This document shows positions 61,224 through 64,000 of a stretch of DNA of 64,000 nt, one piece after another; within the stretch, counting starts at the first letter, position 1; the number at the start of each line of letters is the position of its first letter. The stretch spans positions 992,001 to 1,056,000 of the forward strand of contig CM030337.1 of assembly GCA_017654855.1 (NCBI GenBank), read 5' to 3'. The position numbers were made by a program, and so were the translations under genes. The stretch comes from Podospora anserina. Taxonomy: Eukaryota. Under the pieces are notes generated by a model. The model ran no database searches. It saw only the letters and a program-made list of their open reading frames with translations, and was not told where the DNA came from.

Positions 61224-63142
61224 GGATGGGTTGTTTGTTTGACTTTTTTTGTTGTTGATCATTTTATCTTGTTAGCGGGATACCACACCACTTGTTGCCA
61301 GCGAGGGTTTTTCTTTTTGTTTTTTTTTTGCTATGGGAATGGTATGGGATGGGGATGGGGGAGTTTAAAGGTTTTGTTTCAAGTGTAAAATGGGATTGTC
61401 AGACATAAATCAAGTATGCAGATATGGGGATGGAAAGCGGATTAACTCACAAAGAGAAAGGGGGGTGTTGTTGTTGTTACTGTTGTTGTTGTTGTATTTG
61501 AGGTGTGTGATATTGAGTGTTTATCTTGGAAAGAGAGAGACTGTCGATGGATGAATGGATGGATTTGTTTAATATGGGTTGTTGTTGTTCTTTTGTTCCC
61601 CGGGGGGGTCATGTATGAGATTGTGATGTTGGGGGGGGGGGGGCGATATATGGACTTGATACCAGCCATGTTTTTGAGGTACCTGTGAGGGGAGCTGGGG
61701 GGTAAAATGGATGTAAATGATACCTGTTAGCTGTTGGAAATTTTGAAGATGAGTTGGCTGTGATCTGGACAGCAGGTGTGAAAATGGCCGTGATGTGATA
61801 TTTACGGTGGTTAACAGGGTGCAGGACCCGTGGTTGATGGTCCATGGAGAGAGGTTATATCTATTTTGAGCACACTAGGTAAGGTAGGTACTTTTGTAAA
61901 CGCAATCTTTGACTCATTCTATCATTAAGTTCTGAAGATTTGACTTTGGGGGATTAAGTGTCTTTCTCAGTCACCATTTCTATCTCACGGGCACAAACAA
62001 TAGCTCACTCCCAGTCAGACCTTTTTGCTTTGTTGATTCATGCAGGGCATAGCAGGCGAACTACCTCCTCACACAGGTAACAAAACACCTGTTGGGTTTC
62101 ATCAAAGGAAGGGTGGTTAGTGATTATAATGCGAATATACCCGAGGCTGTAGGGGAGAAACAAAGTCGTTTGTGACGGCGATTCATACATCTCATTCGCT
62201 ATGGATACCCATCATGTTCTTCGGTGATAGATCGTGGCTATATCTCCATTGTTTTGATGGTCTCGAAGTTGCAATATTAACAAGAGTCCATTCACGAATC
62301 ACTTGATTATTCCTGGTAGTGACAATCTCATAGTACTTTATCAAGTCTAATAAAAGTTAAGTAAATACCATTATTCTTCTCCATTCCACATCCCAATAAC
62401 CCCTCCCGCCCCCGCCCCCGCCCCCTAAGCAGCAGCAAACTCCTTCCCTTCTCCCCGACAGCCCAGCAAAACCAAGCCCATCATGAAAAAGGTAATGTCT
62501 TCCCTTTTCTCACAGCCCACCCAACAGGTGGGTAACAGGTGAGCCACATTGGAAAAGCAAAGGAATTTTGATCTGATGATTTTAGATCCCCCAGAGTCTT
62601 CTCTTTGTTTTAAAGAGCATATCCCCCAGATCCCACTACACCGCCACCACACCACCCCTCAACTCCCCAACCCATCGATACCAAACCCGCCCAAGTACCC
62701 AGTCCAATGCTCACGACCCAACAGCAACAAAAAGACCACTTCATCATGAGGATGGCTGTCATCACGTGGAATCACCCAGCCTTCCCCGTCATAAGAAGCC
62801 GTCGTTGCTGAGATGTGGAAAGGTTAACAGTGAAGACACAGTAGAAGGGAGGTGTTATCAGGAAAGGGAAGAGAGTTTCACCACAGAGATCGTGCAACAC
62901 TTTCCCGTCATGGACATGTACAGTGCTGTGAGGTGATGTGAGCTATAAAAATATATATAAAAATGGAGGGAAAGGGAAGGGGAAGGCGATGTCTGGGGGT
63001 TGGAAGCTAAGGGGAGGGAGGTGTGTGTTAGACGTAGACTACCTAAGTAGGTAAGTAGGTTCTCTTGCAAGATAGTGTTGCTGTTGAAGCGGGTTGAAGA
63101 TAATGGTACGTTTGGTTTGGTTTTGTCAATGAATGACGACGT

Positions 63143-64000
63143 TCAGGTTGGTTTGGTTTGGTTCAGTTTTGTAATGTCAAATGATGACACGTTTGTTGAG
63201 CTGCGCCAGTTGCAACAGTTGCAGGAGCTGCATGCTTTGTAGAATTTGTTTGGTGGTTGAAAAGTCAACGAGGTCAACGATGGCAACGAGGTCAAAGTCT
63301 TCACCAGGCACGGCCATGCCGGCCTGGAGATGAAGAACACGATCGCTCAAGGGCGGTAGGGTCTGTCTGCAAGATGCGACGGTGAAGAGCATGGCTCTGG
63401 TGATGAGGATGCGGCAAGGTACACGCGGCAACACACGCATAGGTGAGGGGAACGGGCAGAGTGCATGAGGTGAGGATCGGAGCTGTCACGTGCGGTCCGT
63501 GGTCTTGTGAGTCCCGTTCACAAAGTTGGAGTGCGCTGGTACACATCTCTGGCAACACATCGGGATCATCAAACCTGAGAAGACCCAAAAGATGATCCGT
63601 CCTCTGCGGTTGATGGTTTGATCCCCCAAGTTCGTCGTGTCAAGCCCCCTGTATCGCGACGGCTGGTAATATTCCCCTCGAGCACCTGAAAAGACAAAGT
63701 CTTGGACTCCGGTGGCATGTGATGCCACGGCCTGCATCTAGTGCAGACCAAAGTTGATGTCTGATAGTACATAGTCCGGCGGCAGCTGTCACATTCTCTG
63801 CCTGGTAGCGTGAGCCATTCTCCCACGATGTCGTGTATGACATTGGGTCAACGACGGTTCCCAGTCAAATGACAAGTCCCCCAGAAGGGTAGCTCTGAGC
63901 AGGTCAATATGACTGAGATGAGTTTGCGTCATGGTAATACTTACGTGTGAATCACATCAGGCCTGATGTCCTCGTTGCGCGGCGAGGTTGAAGTTCATCG
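63143..64000 (-). pseudogene. Possible 3' fragment of a disrupted gene running off the window
   Basis: A clean intron-like segment (GTAAGT at plus 63939-63944 ... TTGAC ... CAG at ~63895) and overlapping short protein-like ORFs in all three minus frames, with no continuous frame. Confidence 0.25.

Overview
Gene-dense, intron-containing core chromosome segment of a filamentous ascomycete. GTRAGT/CTRAY/YAG introns, the gene set and composition fit a Sordariales fungus such as Podospora; that taxon is an inference. I can support 21 protein-coding genes: GUT2 (5'-truncated), a large mitochondrial-type AAA ATPase, an SLC35E/Sly41-like transporter, SF3B2/CUS1, ORC5, a Zn2Cys6 factor, KGD1, TFB1, CIA1, MCX1/ClpX, GLC3, ATP2, a secreted CE1 acetylxylan esterase, SUZ12, an F-box/LRR-like protein, UFD1, LIN1/CD2BP2, RVB2, an RD/RE-repeat coiled-coil orphan and an Ebp1/AFF-like elongation factor. 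There is also one intronless tRNA-Trp(CCA), several microsatellites and two possible decayed gene relics. I saw no transposon, Starship/Spok, het or secondary-metabolite cluster, and no clearly new multi-gene system. Best leads: (1) the Ebp1/AFF-like gene, whose frame is broken +1 in an (AGGGAG)n tract, is exactly restored by retaining the next 59-nt intron, and is broken again at a G7 run; (2) a C4HC3 PHD finger at the C-terminus of SUZ12; (3) a candidate 3'-UTR intron 60 nt after the CIA1 stop. Intron coordinates were read by eye and need RNA-seq confirmation.
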